A stretch of 64,000 nucleotides of DNA from assembly GCA_963825525.1 (NCBI GenBank), contig CAWGTN010000003.1:144297-208296 (forward strand), given 5' to 3'. The notes below the pieces were generated by a model, which was given only the letters and a program-made list of their open reading frames with translations, made no database searches and was not told the origin of the DNA. This DNA comes from an uncultured Chloroflexia bacterium (GTDB taxonomy: Bacteria; Chloroflexota; Limnocylindria; QHBO01). The position numbers and the translations under genes were made by a program. Below are positions 19,711 to 29,468 of the stretch, piece by piece (within the stretch, counting starts at the first letter, position 1; every line of letters starts with the position of its first letter).

Positions 19711-19920
19711 TGCGTGCGCTCGCGTGCGCTCGCGTGCGCTCGATCTATCGCGGGATCTTCACCGGACAGCACGTTCACGCTGCATTTCCCCGATACATCG
19801 AGGGACTCCGCGCACGAAGGACCCCGTCGGCGGACGGTTCCTGCTCCCGGGCGCTCGATCTATCGCGGGATAAGCACGCCCGGGCGCCCTTACGCGAGAA
19901 AACCCTCGATCAATCGAGCG
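19711..19920. repeat. Palindromic-box repeat element, copy 2, preceded by 3x 10-bp tandem CGCGTGCGCT
   Basis: Boxes start at 19741, 19791, 19856 and 19907 (spacing 50/65/51); GCTCGATCTATCGCGGGAT occurs twice exactly. Confidence 0.75.
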
Positions 19921-19936
19921 GGCAACAACCAGAAGT

Positions 19937-20863
19937 TCACCGCCCCGCAAGATCGTTGACCAGTGGCGCGAACGCCTCCATGGCACGCGCAGGGATTCCG
20001 TACGAGCTCACCCCGGTTCGCTCTCGGCGTCTGAGCATGCTCTCGCGCAGCGCTCCGATCGTGCCGTACAGCAGGTACGGCGAGCCGCCGATCACCGCCG
20101 GTCCGGCTGACCGGATCCACGCGTGAGCCGAGGCACCCAGGGGCTGGGGACCGCCGACGATCCCCGCGTCGCCGACGAAGACGTTGAGCTCGAGATCGTC
20201 AAACCGCTCGCCGGCGGCGGAGCGCACCATGGACGCGCGCCGCTCGAGGGCGGCCTCGGTGGCGTGGCGGACCATCGGCCGGCCAGCGGCCGAGAACTGC
20301 GGAACCAGGCTCACGATCTGTGCCTCGCGCGCGGCAATGCGCACCATCCGCGGGCCGCCCGCCCCGAGCATGATCGGCGGATGGGGCTTCTGGACCGGCT
20401 CCGGCTGAACCCGTGCCCGATCGAGGTCGTAGAAGCGGCCGTGGTGCGTGACCTCCTCCCCGGACAGCAGCCGTCGGATGACGTCGAGGGCCTCGAGCAT
20501 GCGGTCGATCCGCACGCTCGCCACGTCGTACGGCACGCCGAGCTGCCGATAGTCACGCCGATTCCACCCGGCACCCATGCCGAACTCCAGGCGCCCGCCG
20601 CTCAGCCGATCAAGCGTCGCCGCCTCCCGCGCCACGATCAACGGATGGCGAAAGTCGTTGGCCAGCACATACGGCCCGATGCGCAACGTTCGCGTCACCG
20701 CCGCCGCGGCGGCGAGGGCGACCGGGGGCGCGAGCTGGTGCGACAGGTGGTCGGTGACGTACAGCGCCGCGTAGCCGAGCTCCTCGACCCGCTGCGCGAA
20801 GGCTGACCAGTCGTCGGCGCGGTCGGAGTTGTTGGTGTAGACGGCGAATCGAAACGGCCGCAT
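19937..20863 (-). CDS. F420-dependent LLM-class oxidoreductase (TIGR03621-like)
   Basis: TDHL, VLANDFRHP, ATLDRLSGGRLEFGMGAGW, PPIMLGAGG. Confidence 0.88.
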   Translation of the reverse strand: MRPFRFAVYTNNSDRADDWSAFAQRVEELGYAALYVTDHLSHQLAPPVALAAAAAVTRTLRIGPYVLANDFRHPLIVAREAATLDRLSGGRLEFGMGAGWNRRDYRQLGVPYDVASVRIDRMLEALDVIRRLLSGEEVTHHGRFYDLDRARVQPEPVQKPHPPIMLGAGGPRMVRIAAREAQIVSLVPQFSAAGRPMVRHATEAALERRASMVRSAAGERFDDLELNVFVGDAGIVGGPQPLGASAHAWIRSAGPAVIGGSPYLLYGTIGALRESMLRRRERTGVSSYGIPARAMEAFAPLVNDLAGR

Positions 20864-20869
20864 CGGCGG

Positions 20870-21526
20870 TCAGGCGATCGGGCGAGTGCGAGCGTAGACC
20901 GCCGTCTGCCAGATCACGCCGCGGTGGTGAAAGCGGCGCTCGAAGCCAGCGGCTCGAATCCTCAGGTCGACGGTGCGCTCGGGGTGCACATGGAACTGGA
21001 AGCGCTTGCGAAACAACCGCAGGCCCAGGTTGCCGGCGCCGACCACCGCGCGGACCCACCACCTCTCCACGGGGAAGACGAGGCCGTACGTGCGCCTGGC
21101 GCGCTCGACGGACCGATCGACGAGCGCCGTCCAGTCGCCGTAGCAGCAGATCACGCGGTCGAGCGTCACGATGTCGGCCGGCGCGATCTCGGACGCCACC
21201 TCTACGAAGTCCCCGTACAGGAACGTGGCTCGCTCCCCAAAGCCGCGGCGTTCGACCTCGAGGCGGGCGGCGGCGAGGTAGGGATGCGAGGCGTCCACGT
21301 CGGTCAGGCGCGCAGCGCCGGCCAGCAGCAGCTCGGTCCCGACGACTCCCACGCCGCCGCCGATGTCCAGGACCTCGGCCCCCTCGGCGCCGAGCGCCCT
21401 GACCGCATCGATCAAGCGGGCGGTCGTCCCGGCCGCACCATTGCGACGGTAGTCAGCGAGCTCACGCCGCGCGGTCCGGTCGTCGAAGATCGTGTCGTAA
21501 TCGGCTCGGCAGCAGGATTCGGGCAT
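20870..21526 (-). CDS. Class I SAM-dependent methyltransferase
   Basis: VLDIGGGVG motif I, DIVTLDRVICCY. Confidence 0.85.
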   Translation of the reverse strand: MPESCCRADYDTIFDDRTARRELADYRRNGAAGTTARLIDAVRALGAEGAEVLDIGGGVGVVGTELLLAGAARLTDVDASHPYLAAARLEVERRGFGERATFLYGDFVEVASEIAPADIVTLDRVICCYGDWTALVDRSVERARRTYGLVFPVERWWVRAVVGAGNLGLRLFRKRFQFHVHPERTVDLRIRAAGFERRFHHRGVIWQTAVYARTRPIA

Positions 21527-21547
21527 GCCGCCATGATGCGCCCCGCG

Positions 21548-24500
21548 CTATCGGTCTGCCATCTCCGCGAACTGGCACAGGGCGTTGGCGAGCCTCATCT
21601 GCTCGGGCGTGCGGGCGCGGACGCGCAGCAACGATGGCTCGGCCACCACCACGGTGACGCATCGGGCTCGGGAGGTCGCGACGTTCAGCCGATTCCTCGA
21701 GTACAGGAAGCTCATCCCGCGAGGGGCGTCCTCGGGCGAGCTGGAGGTCATGGAGTAGATGCTGACCGGTGCCTCCTGGCCCTGGAACTTGTCGACGGTG
21801 CCGACGCGGCCCTCGGGCAGCTCGCGCAGGATGGCGCCGACCTGGGCGTTGTACGGCGCCACGACGAGGACGTCCTGGTATGTCAGCGGGCACTCCTCGC
21901 CCTCCTGGTTCACCCAGGTGGCGCCGCCCTCGACCAGGGTCCGCACCAGGGTTGCCACGGCGCGGGCCTCTTCGACCGACTCGTTGTCGTTTCCGCTGTG
22001 CTCGATCGGGAGCAGCCGGACGCCGACGCCGCCGAGCGGTTCGGTCGCGTGAAGCGTCTGCTGCCCCAGGTGCTCCTTTGACTCGAGGCGACCCTCGTAG
22101 AACGCCGGAGAGGTGAAGTCGGTGATCCTCGGATGGAGCCGCCAGGTGTGCTCGAGGAACAGGCCGCGATCGGGAGGCATGGTGTCGTCGTCGCCGAGCA
22201 GGTGCGCGAGCGCTGAGCGGTCCGCTCCGGGCGGATGCGAGCCCTTGATCGGCTGGTCGAGCTGCTGTGGGTCGCCCAGCAGCACGAGGCTGCTCGTCGA
22301 GCCGGCCATGGCAAGCACGTTGGCCAGCGAGATCTGGCCCGCCTCGTCGACGAACAGGACGTCGACCAGGCCGTCGCTCTTCTCCGGCGCCCAGAACCAC
22401 GAGGTTCCTGCCGCTAGGTTGAACTCGCCGCTCGCCAGCCCTTCGCGAACCTCCGGGTTCGACTCGGTCACGTGGATCCGTGGGTCGTCGATACCGGGGA
22501 TGCCCTCACTCACCTTCTGCGCCGCCCGAATGTCGACTTCGACCCCGTTGGCCGCCTTGAGCACCTCCGAGAGAAAGTTGCCGATGACCTTGTGGCTCGT
22601 GGCGCTGATGCCCACCTTCTTGCCGGCCTGCAGCAGCCGCACGATCATCCGGGCGCCGGTGTACGTCTTGCCGGAGCCGGGCGGACCCTGCAGCGCGAGT
22701 GTCCCCGCGTCGAGGCAGCTGACGAGGCGGATCGCTGCCTCGAGGTCGGACTCGCCATGGTGGCGCAAGGCCCCACCATCGGCCTGGCCACAACGAGGCG
22801 CCCGTGCCAGCAGAAGGTCCCGCCCGGCGCGCCACTCGCCCGGAGCGTCCACGCCGTTGGCGGCGACCCAGCGCCCGAGACGCAGCAGCGAGGCCCGGTG
22901 ATCCGCGTCGCCAATGGTGTCGAGCGGAATCAGGGCCTCCGGGTGGCGGATGTCGGCGTCGTTCATCCAGACGAGATCGACGGTGGCTCGCGCGTTGTCG
23001 ATGGCGTCGATCGATGCGCGAACCTTCCACGCCTTCCACGACGCGTCGGGCTGCTCCTGCTGCAGGCGCGGGTCGTAGAGCTCCGACCGGGAGCCGATGT
23101 CGTACTCCTGGGCGGGGATTTCGTAGCGCCAGATCTGCCGCTCCTTCGCCTTCGGCTTCGGCTTGAATGGCGGCCCGATCGGACCGACGACGGTCAGGCG
23201 GCCGAGCGCCGTGCGGTCCTCGACCAGCTCGTCGGGTCCCATCCCCATCCGGTTGAAGAACTCCCAGTAGGCGACCTTTGCCTCGCGCCTGTGCCAGGAC
23301 AGCAATTGCGCCAGCAGCCAGGCCGCGTGCTGCTCATCGGTACGGTCGATCCGGTCCGCGGGGACCCCTTCGCTCAGCAGGTCCGCCACTTCCTGTACCT
23401 CGGCGGCGGACTCGGAGAGGCTGGCCGGGGCTTCCGGCGAGACTGCCGCCGGACGCGGGACCACCGCCCCGGCCAGCGCCGCCAGCTCGTGCCGCCGCTC
23501 CTCGAGCCAATCCCGGAGGCGGAGTGTGCTGAGGACGTCATCGCGGTTATAGGCCGCGATCGAGGCAAGGATCGTGGATGCGGGCCGATCGCCCTCGCCA
23601 AGCTCCAGCCAGCGCTCGAACTCGACGATGCTCGATCCGGCGTCGCGCAGACCCTCGGTTCGCGTGAAGTCGTACATCGGCTCGAGGCGCTTGATCGAGT
23701 AGCTCTCGACCGATGCGCGCAGCCCCTGGCGCACGGCCCGATACAGGTCGATGAGCACGTTGCCGCGCAGCAGGCGGTCGACCTGCTCCTCTCGCGTTCC
23801 GTGCCTGCCCATGAGGCGCTTGAGCGCCGTGGGCTCGTACGGGGCGTAGTGATAGACGTGCATGTTGGGATACTCGTCGAGCCGCGCAGTGAGCAGATCC
23901 ATGAGCGTTTCGAACGCGGCCTTCTCCCCGGCCAGGGTGATCTCGTCCGGCGCATCGGGGTCGTGCGACCAGATCGGCGTGAACGCGCCGGCGGTGTCGA
24001 GGACGCCGAAGAGATAGTCGATCCCGTCGTCGTAGGCGAACGGATCCCCCTCGAGGTCCAGGAAGAGGTCACCCTCGTCGGGCTCGGGCAGGGTGGCGAG
24101 CCCGCGCTCGGCCTCGATCGGCTCGCCCGGAGCAGGCTGGAGGAGTTCGTAGATCGGCTTTTCGAGGCCTCTGCCATCGACCTGGATGCGAGCCTGCTCG
24201 CGCACTCGCTCCATCGAGGCCGCCCCGGCGCCGTCGAGCGGGGGATCGAACGGAATCGGGGCGGCGGCCAGGCGCTGGACCGTGTCGATCTCGCGTGCGA
24301 CCAGGGACTTCCGCTGGCGCGTGCTGATTCCCGCCACGAGCGAGAGGTGGTCGTCCTCTCGGCGACGTTTGACGCACAGCTCGGCCCAGCGGCAGACGGT
24401 GCAGTGCTCGACCGGCTCGGGGTAGGTGTCTTGCGGCGGGTACGTAGGGGCCGCGGCGGCGTCGAGCACCGTGTCTTCGAAGCGGCGCTTCGCGGCACGG

Positions 24501-25117
24501 TAGTACGACAGGTAATCGGTGACCCGCAGCGCGGCGACCTCGCGAGCGCTTCCCCCGAGCACAACACGCATCTCTTCGGGTTGGACGCCCTGGAGAGCCG
24601 TGAGCTGCTCCACGTAGCTGCACATCTGGAGCACGGCGCCGGCCTTGACGTGACGGGCGAGCTTGGTATCGGCGACCTCGTAGTGATACGGACCCCAGAC
24701 CGATGGGCGCTCCAGCGACTCGACCCGCAGCAGGAAGTCCGCGTATCCGAGCCACCGACCGTCGAAGAATGTGGCCTGGAAGATGACGTCGGCACCGGAC
24801 GCCATGGCATCGATCGTCTCCTGGGCCTGTCGTCGGATGCGGTCGCCGCGATCCTCGTCATCGTTGCGCGCGATCTCGACCACGGCCCGGCCGTCGGCGG
24901 CGAGGTCATCCAGGTAGTGCTGCTCGTGGCGGAAGCCGCGCTCGCGGATGACGTCAAGCTCCGGGTCGTCCCGCATCGGGCGCTTGACGAGTCCCGCGAG
25001 CGCGCCTCGTTCGAGCGCGGTCAGGTGCTCGCAGGCCAGGTACCCGACGAGGTCGGTGGCCGAGAACACGGCCTGGCCGTCAATCAGCTGCAGTGGATGG
25101 TCCTCCCCATGCAGCAA
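21548..25117 (-). CDS. TM0106-family RecB-like nuclease + RNase H-like + SF1 (Dna2/Nam7-like) helicase
   Basis: ADFLL..EVADTK nuclease, HCTVCRW..C, FLDLEGDP, QGPPGSGKT, VDEAGQ, GDPQQL, TVDKFQGQE, RLNVATSRAR; true start may be CTG at 25093. Confidence 0.9.
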   Translation of the reverse strand: MLHGEDHPLQLIDGQAVFSATDLVGYLACEHLTALERGALAGLVKRPMRDDPELDVIRERGFRHEQHYLDDLAADGRAVVEIARNDDEDRGDRIRRQAQETIDAMASGADVIFQATFFDGRWLGYADFLLRVESLERPSVWGPYHYEVADTKLARHVKAGAVLQMCSYVEQLTALQGVQPEEMRVVLGGSAREVAALRVTDYLSYYRAAKRRFEDTVLDAAAAPTYPPQDTYPEPVEHCTVCRWAELCVKRRREDDHLSLVAGISTRQRKSLVAREIDTVQRLAAAPIPFDPPLDGAGAASMERVREQARIQVDGRGLEKPIYELLQPAPGEPIEAERGLATLPEPDEGDLFLDLEGDPFAYDDGIDYLFGVLDTAGAFTPIWSHDPDAPDEITLAGEKAAFETLMDLLTARLDEYPNMHVYHYAPYEPTALKRLMGRHGTREEQVDRLLRGNVLIDLYRAVRQGLRASVESYSIKRLEPMYDFTRTEGLRDAGSSIVEFERWLELGEGDRPASTILASIAAYNRDDVLSTLRLRDWLEERRHELAALAGAVVPRPAAVSPEAPASLSESAAEVQEVADLLSEGVPADRIDRTDEQHAAWLLAQLLSWHRREAKVAYWEFFNRMGMGPDELVEDRTALGRLTVVGPIGPPFKPKPKAKERQIWRYEIPAQEYDIGSRSELYDPRLQQEQPDASWKAWKVRASIDAIDNARATVDLVWMNDADIRHPEALIPLDTIGDADHRASLLRLGRWVAANGVDAPGEWRAGRDLLLARAPRCGQADGGALRHHGESDLEAAIRLVSCLDAGTLALQGPPGSGKTYTGARMIVRLLQAGKKVGISATSHKVIGNFLSEVLKAANGVEVDIRAAQKVSEGIPGIDDPRIHVTESNPEVREGLASGEFNLAAGTSWFWAPEKSDGLVDVLFVDEAGQISLANVLAMAGSTSSLVLLGDPQQLDQPIKGSHPPGADRSALAHLLGDDDTMPPDRGLFLEHTWRLHPRITDFTSPAFYEGRLESKEHLGQQTLHATEPLGGVGVRLLPIEHSGNDNESVEEARAVATLVRTLVEGGATWVNQEGEECPLTYQDVLVVAPYNAQVGAILRELPEGRVGTVDKFQGQEAPVSIYSMTSSSPEDAPRGMSFLYSRNRLNVATSRARCVTVVVAEPSLLRVRARTPEQMRLANALCQFAEMADR

Positions 25118-25176
25118 AGCCTAGCCGTTCGACGTGACAGCTCGTGCGTCGCTTGCGGGCCGTTGCACAATCAGGC

Positions 25177-25641
25177 ATGCGCGCGCGATGGCCTGTCCTC
25201 GTCATCCTGGGTCTTTCGGCGTGCGCATCCGCGCCCGCCCCGGTGCCGGACCTCGCGGGCTGTGATCGCACCGACGACTTCACGTTCGTCGGTGAGACCA
25301 CGCTCGCCGCGCTTGGCGTGGCAGAGTTCGCCGGCGGGCAGGATGCCATCCGACGGGGCATGGTCTGGGTGACGGCAGGCCCGGTCTCGATGAATCCCAG
25401 GCGTCCGCTCGACGCCGGTGGGCCGGTCGACGGACCGATGTCGCGCGTGGTGTGTGTCCAGTGGCCTGATGGGAGCGGCATCACCACCTCGATCGATGAC
25501 GACTGGCAGCCACCCGTCGATCTCCAGGCGGCGCCCAATCTGGCAGCCGACGAGGTTCCGCTGTCCCTCGGCCTTGTGCTCGTCCTTGCAGTGCTGGTCG
25601 GTGCGTCGTTCCTTGCCTTCCGCCGGGACGCCGTGGCCTGA
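25177..25641 (+). CDS. Hypothetical lipoprotein with C-terminal TM, paralog 1
   Basis: Lipobox LSAC; FVGETTLAALG and CVQWPDGSG motifs; TM followed by FRR. Confidence 0.75.
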   Translation: MRARWPVLVILGLSACASAPAPVPDLAGCDRTDDFTFVGETTLAALGVAEFAGGQDAIRRGMVWVTAGPVSMNPRRPLDAGGPVDGPMSRVVCVQWPDGSGITTSIDDDWQPPVDLQAAPNLAADEVPLSLGLVLVLAVLVGASFLAFRRDAVA

Positions 25642-25750
25642 TCAGACGGCTTCGCCGGGCGGCATTGGCGGCTCATCGGGCCGCAGGGTCGGCTCGGCGG
25701 CGTCGGAGGAGATCGGGTCGGACGACGCTCACTCGCGTCGGGCGAGCAGG
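25642..25750 (-). pseudogene. Remnant 3' end of the MFS gene at 26290
   Basis: 25711-25750 matches 26347-26386 at 38/40 nt; reads LLARRE*ASSDPIS...EAV* with an internal TGA. Confidence 0.75.
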
Positions 25751-25807
25751 GTAGCGGCTTGTTGTGACAGCTCGCGCGTCATCGCCGATGAGGTGGAGAA
25801 TGGGCCC

Positions 25808-26293
25808 ATGCACCCTCTTGGTCCTGGGACACTCGCACTCCTGGCCCTCGCCCTCGCCGGCTGTCTGGGCCCGACGGCCGAGCCCCCGTCATTGCCCGGC
25901 TGCGACCAGACCACGGATTTCGCATTCGTCGGCGAGACCACGCTGGCCGCGCTCGGCCTCCCGGACTTCGCCGGCGGGCAGGATGCCGTTCGGACCGGCA
26001 AGATCTGGGTCACCGCCCGCCCCGTCTCGGTCGATCGCGGACCCGTCCAGCCCAACGACGAGCCGGGAATGGAGCTGCTGTCGCGCATGGTCTGCGTCGA
26101 GTGGCCCGACGGGAGCGGCATGGCGGGTTCCATCGACGAGGGCTGGCAGCCTCCCCCCGGACTGCTCGCCACGCCCTCCGGATCCGGCAGCGCCGTTCCG
26201 ATCCTGGCGCTCGTCGTCGTCACCACGGTCGTGATCGGCGTGTCGTTCATCGCCTTTCGGCGCGACAGCCGCAGAGAGCCCGGCGAGGGCTAG
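25808..26293 (+). CDS. Hypothetical lipoprotein with C-terminal TM, paralog 2
   Basis: Lipobox LAGC; same motifs as paralog 1. Confidence 0.75.
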   Translation: MHPLGPGTLALLALALAGCLGPTAEPPSLPGCDQTTDFAFVGETTLAALGLPDFAGGQDAVRTGKIWVTARPVSVDRGPVQPNDEPGMELLSRMVCVEWPDGSGMAGSIDEGWQPPPGLLATPSGSGSAVPILALVVVTTVVIGVSFIAFRRDSRREPGEG

Positions 26294-27594
26294 ACCTCCA
26301 TCGGTGGCGGCACGTCTCTCGGGGTGATATCGCCCGAATCAGGTTCGATCGGGTCGGACGCCGCTCCCTCGCGTCGGGCGAGCAGGACGAACGGGATGGC
26401 GAGGGCCTGGATCGCGCCGGCGACCACGTAGGAGGCGGCATATCCGTTGAGATCCGCCACGCGACCCAGGGCAGGTTGGATGACCACGCCGCCCGCCGAG
26501 CCGAGCAGCGAGTCGAACGAGAGCACGGTAGCTCGCTGCTGTGACGGGATGAGCCCGTTGAGGAAGGCGCGCCGGATCGGGTCCTCGAGGGCCGAGACCA
26601 GAGCCCACGTGATGAGCAGCGCGAGCGCCACCACGAACACCGGCATGACTCCGAGCGCGACCAGGGCGACAACGCTCAGGAGCGTGCTGATGAGGATTGC
26701 GTCCGTCCGTCGGCGGAAGAGGCGTCGCACGTACACCACGCTGAGGCCGCCGAGCATCTGGGCCGCGGCGAGGATGGCGGCGGCGAGTCCCGCGATCCCG
26801 TACGCGGTCGGGTCACCGTAGAGCTCAAGCAGGTACGGCTGCAGCGCGTAGAACGCATAGAATCCGACCCCCGTCGTGAACGGGGCGGCCAGCATCAGCC
26901 AGCGCACGGGACGGTTCCGCAGGCCGCCCTCGACCGCGCCGGAGAGCACGGTGCGGACCGCCGCGCCCGGCGACGCGGTCCGGTCGGGCGTGAAGCCGAT
27001 GTCGCGCATGAACCGCCAGGCGATGACGACCGTGAGGCCCAACAGGGCGGCCCGCACGATGTATGGCACGCCGAGGCTCGTGAACTGGGCAATGACGCCA
27101 CCAAGGACGGAGCCGACGAGCATCGCTCCGCCGCCCACGACCTGGGCGCGTCCGAAGACGCTCTCGAGGTCGCCGACGAATCCCGTCTCGGTCAGCGCGT
27201 CGACGAGCCACGCCTCGGTCGCGCCAGAGAAGAATGTGAACCCCAGGCCGAGCAGGGCGGAGGCAGCAGCCCAGCCGATGAACGGCGCCTCGATCTGCCA
27301 CATGAGCAGGTAGAGCAGGGTGGAGGCGAGAAGTGTCGCCGCGCCCAGGATGAACGAGAAGCGGCGACCGCGGGTATCGGCCACGACGCCGGTCGGAACC
27401 TCGAAGATGACCTGCCCGACGGCGAAGAACGCGTTGGCGGCGAAGGCCTCGGTGTTGCTCAGCCCGGCATCGAGCAGGAAGAGGGTGTTCACGCCCCAGA
27501 TGAACGACGCGGCGAGCGTCGTCAGCAGGGTCAGCGCGAGATATGTCCGCTGAACCGTTCGCGCGGCGGCCGGCATCGAGCTACGCGGGGCCAC
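26290..27594 (-). CDS. MFS transporter
   Basis: FEVPTGVVADTRGRR, FFSGATEAW and RATVLS motifs; about 12 TM. Confidence 0.9.
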   Translation of the reverse strand: MAPRSSMPAAARTVQRTYLALTLLTTLAASFIWGVNTLFLLDAGLSNTEAFAANAFFAVGQVIFEVPTGVVADTRGRRFSFILGAATLLASTLLYLLMWQIEAPFIGWAAASALLGLGFTFFSGATEAWLVDALTETGFVGDLESVFGRAQVVGGGAMLVGSVLGGVIAQFTSLGVPYIVRAALLGLTVVIAWRFMRDIGFTPDRTASPGAAVRTVLSGAVEGGLRNRPVRWLMLAAPFTTGVGFYAFYALQPYLLELYGDPTAYGIAGLAAAILAAAQMLGGLSVVYVRRLFRRRTDAILISTLLSVVALVALGVMPVFVVALALLITWALVSALEDPIRRAFLNGLIPSQQRATVLSFDSLLGSAGGVVIQPALGRVADLNGYAASYVVAGAIQALAIPFVLLARREGAASDPIEPDSGDITPRDVPPPMEV

Positions 27595-27623
27595 GTCGCT
27601 GCCATCGGGGGAGTGGTCCCCGC

Positions 27624-28121
27624 TCAGGCACCGTCATCTACGGGTACCGCGAACTGGTCGTGGGCCCGCACGAAGGCGGCGCGCTCCTCGTCGCTGGACC
27701 GAGACATCGACGCCAGACCCTCGAAGTACGCCTCGCGGGGCGCGCCCGGCGAGAAGTGGATGAGCATCGTCGCCGCCGCGCCGGACCGATTCCGGAAGGC
27801 ATGGATGCCACCCTCCGGAACGTGGAAGAAGTCTCCAGGCAGCGCGTCGGTCCACTCACGGCCGTCGTACACCGCCACGGTCCCCGACAGGATGTAGAAC
27901 GACTCCGAGAACGACCGATGAAAGTGCGGATCGGGGCCACTCTCCTGTGGCCCCATCTCCCAGCGGTACAGGCCGAATTGGCCGTCGGTGGTCGCCCCGG
28001 TGGCGAGGTAGTGGACGAGGTTGCCATTGGAATAGCGCAGGTCGGGCAGCGCGTCGGACGTACGCAGCGAGGCAGTCGGCTCGCCGCCCTCGCCGGTGTA
28101 GCGCGGCTCCGGATAGGTCAT
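27624..28121 (-). CDS. Cupin domain protein
   Basis: [16 protein letters not shown] and VPEGGIHAF motifs. Confidence 0.88.
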   Translation of the reverse strand: MTYPEPRYTGEGGEPTASLRTSDALPDLRYSNGNLVHYLATGATTDGQFGLYRWEMGPQESGPDPHFHRSFSESFYILSGTVAVYDGREWTDALPGDFFHVPEGGIHAFRNRSGAAATMLIHFSPGAPREAYFEGLASMSRSSDEERAAFVRAHDQFAVPVDDGA

Positions 28122-29143
28122 GGTCGGGCGACGTCAGGATCGAGATGCGACGGCAGGCCGAAGAGCGGGAACCAGCGTGCCGTGTCGAGGAAGAACGTGA
28201 TGCCGCCGATCCGATCGCCATCGAGCTCCAGGACCTGGAGCGACCACGGCTCGAACCCGCCTCCCGCGGCGGGCTTGTACTGCGCGAAGGCGGGTGAGCC
28301 ATTGGCCATGACCGGGATGAGTCGAGAGCCCTGGCAGCCGATGCCGGGGCCGAGGCACCACTTCACCACGTCCTCGTGGGTCTGCAGCCACAGGTCGTAC
28401 GGCGGCATATTCCACTCGGCGTCCTCGCGCAGGAGCGCGGTCAGCGCATCCATGTCGTAGCGCTCGAATGCATCGACGTAGCGGCCCAGCAGCGACTCCG
28501 CGGCCGCATCGATCGGAGCCGCGGGAGCATCGGCATCCACGCCGTGCTCGTCGAGCGTGGCTCGAGCGCGCTGGAGCGCGCTGTTGACCGATGCGACCGA
28601 TGTGTCGAGCAGCTCGGCGACCTCGCTCGCGCGCCAGCGCAGCACCTCGCGCAGGATGAGGACGGCTCGCTGCTTCGGCGGAAGGTGCTGCAGCGCGGCC
28701 ATGAATGCGAGCTTGATCGACTCGCGGGCCACGGCCGTCTCGGCGGGATCGACGGCCGACGGCATGACCCGCGCATCGGGGATCGGCTCGATCCAGACGC
28801 TCTCCACCAGTGGCGGCGGCAGGGGAGTGTCCGCGGACTGCGCCGGCCCCATGTCCATCGGCCGCGCGCGACGCTGCCGGCTGCCCAGCATGTCGAGGCA
28901 GACGTTGGTGGCGATCCGGTACAGCCACGAGCGAAGCTGCGCGCGGCCTTCGAATCGGTCGAGCGCTCGCCACGCCTTGAGCAGGGTCTCCTGGACCGCG
29001 TCCTCGGCCTCGAACGAGCTGCCGAGCATCCGATAGCAGTAGCCGATGAGCTCCTTGCGGTGGCTCTCGAGCTGCGGCTCGAGCTCTTCGTGGGTCGGCC
29101 GTGTCGTGGCCGCTGCAAACGTGTGTCCCGTCGATTCGCTCAT
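28118..29143 (-). CDS. ECF sigma factor, SigG/ECF56 type with C-terminal SnoaL-like domain
   Basis: [48 protein letters not shown]; C-terminal [10 protein letters not shown]...MPP. Confidence 0.9.
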   Translation of the reverse strand: MSESTGHTFAAATTRPTHEELEPQLESHRKELIGYCYRMLGSSFEAEDAVQETLLKAWRALDRFEGRAQLRSWLYRIATNVCLDMLGSRQRRARPMDMGPAQSADTPLPPPLVESVWIEPIPDARVMPSAVDPAETAVARESIKLAFMAALQHLPPKQRAVLILREVLRWRASEVAELLDTSVASVNSALQRARATLDEHGVDADAPAAPIDAAAESLLGRYVDAFERYDMDALTALLREDAEWNMPPYDLWLQTHEDVVKWCLGPGIGCQGSRLIPVMANGSPAFAQYKPAAGGGFEPWSLQVLELDGDRIGGITFFLDTARWFPLFGLPSHLDPDVARP

Positions 29144-29153
29144 GGGATCGATG

Positions 29154-29468
29154 CTACTCCGTGGGCTGCATATCTGGGCATCGCCGCACCGCCAGAAGGC
29201 GCACTTCGACGTCACCCGCGTTGCGCAGGATACGCAGGGGGAGCCAGCCGAGGGCCAGCTGATCGCCGGCGACGAACGTCTGCGACCCCCCGGCGGCGCA
29301 GTCGACCTGGAGCACGCCTTCCTCGATGAGGACGAACGCTCCCGCCCATTCCTCGGCACTGGTCGCGTGCACGTCCCCCGGGGCGAGGACAAGGCGCCGA
29401 CGCTCGAACGCCGGCCCAAGCTCCCGATCCAGGTCCACCGGCCAGCCCCTCCCGCCAGCCATCGTCAT
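29154..29468 (-). CDS. Small cupin-like hypothetical protein
   Basis: Coupled by ATGA overlap to the FAD oxidoreductase; LAPG..VLIEEG..LRN beta-rich pattern. Confidence 0.6.
   Translation of the reverse strand: MTMAGGRGWPVDLDRELGPAFERRRLVLAPGDVHATSAEEWAGAFVLIEEGVLQVDCAAGGSQTFVAGDQLALGWLPLRILRNAGDVEVRLLAVRRCPDMQPTE

Noticed and set aside
9307-19920. Palindromic repeat clusters as CRISPR arrays or integron attC sites
   Set aside because: Only 3-4 short boxes in alternating orientation and spacing, no cas or integrase genes, and no RYYYAAC/GTTRRRY ends.
18244-21526. ChlI-like ATPase near a BchM-like methyltransferase suggesting bacteriochlorophyll synthesis
   Set aside because: The ATPase is the Rv0958 type, the methyltransferase is generic, and no bchH/bchD or other photosynthesis genes are present.
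22472-25372. Long antisense ORFs (966 aa here; also 41817-43571, 46143-48056 and others)
   Set aside because: Shadow ORFs opposite well-supported genes, expected in high-GC DNA; no recognisable motifs.
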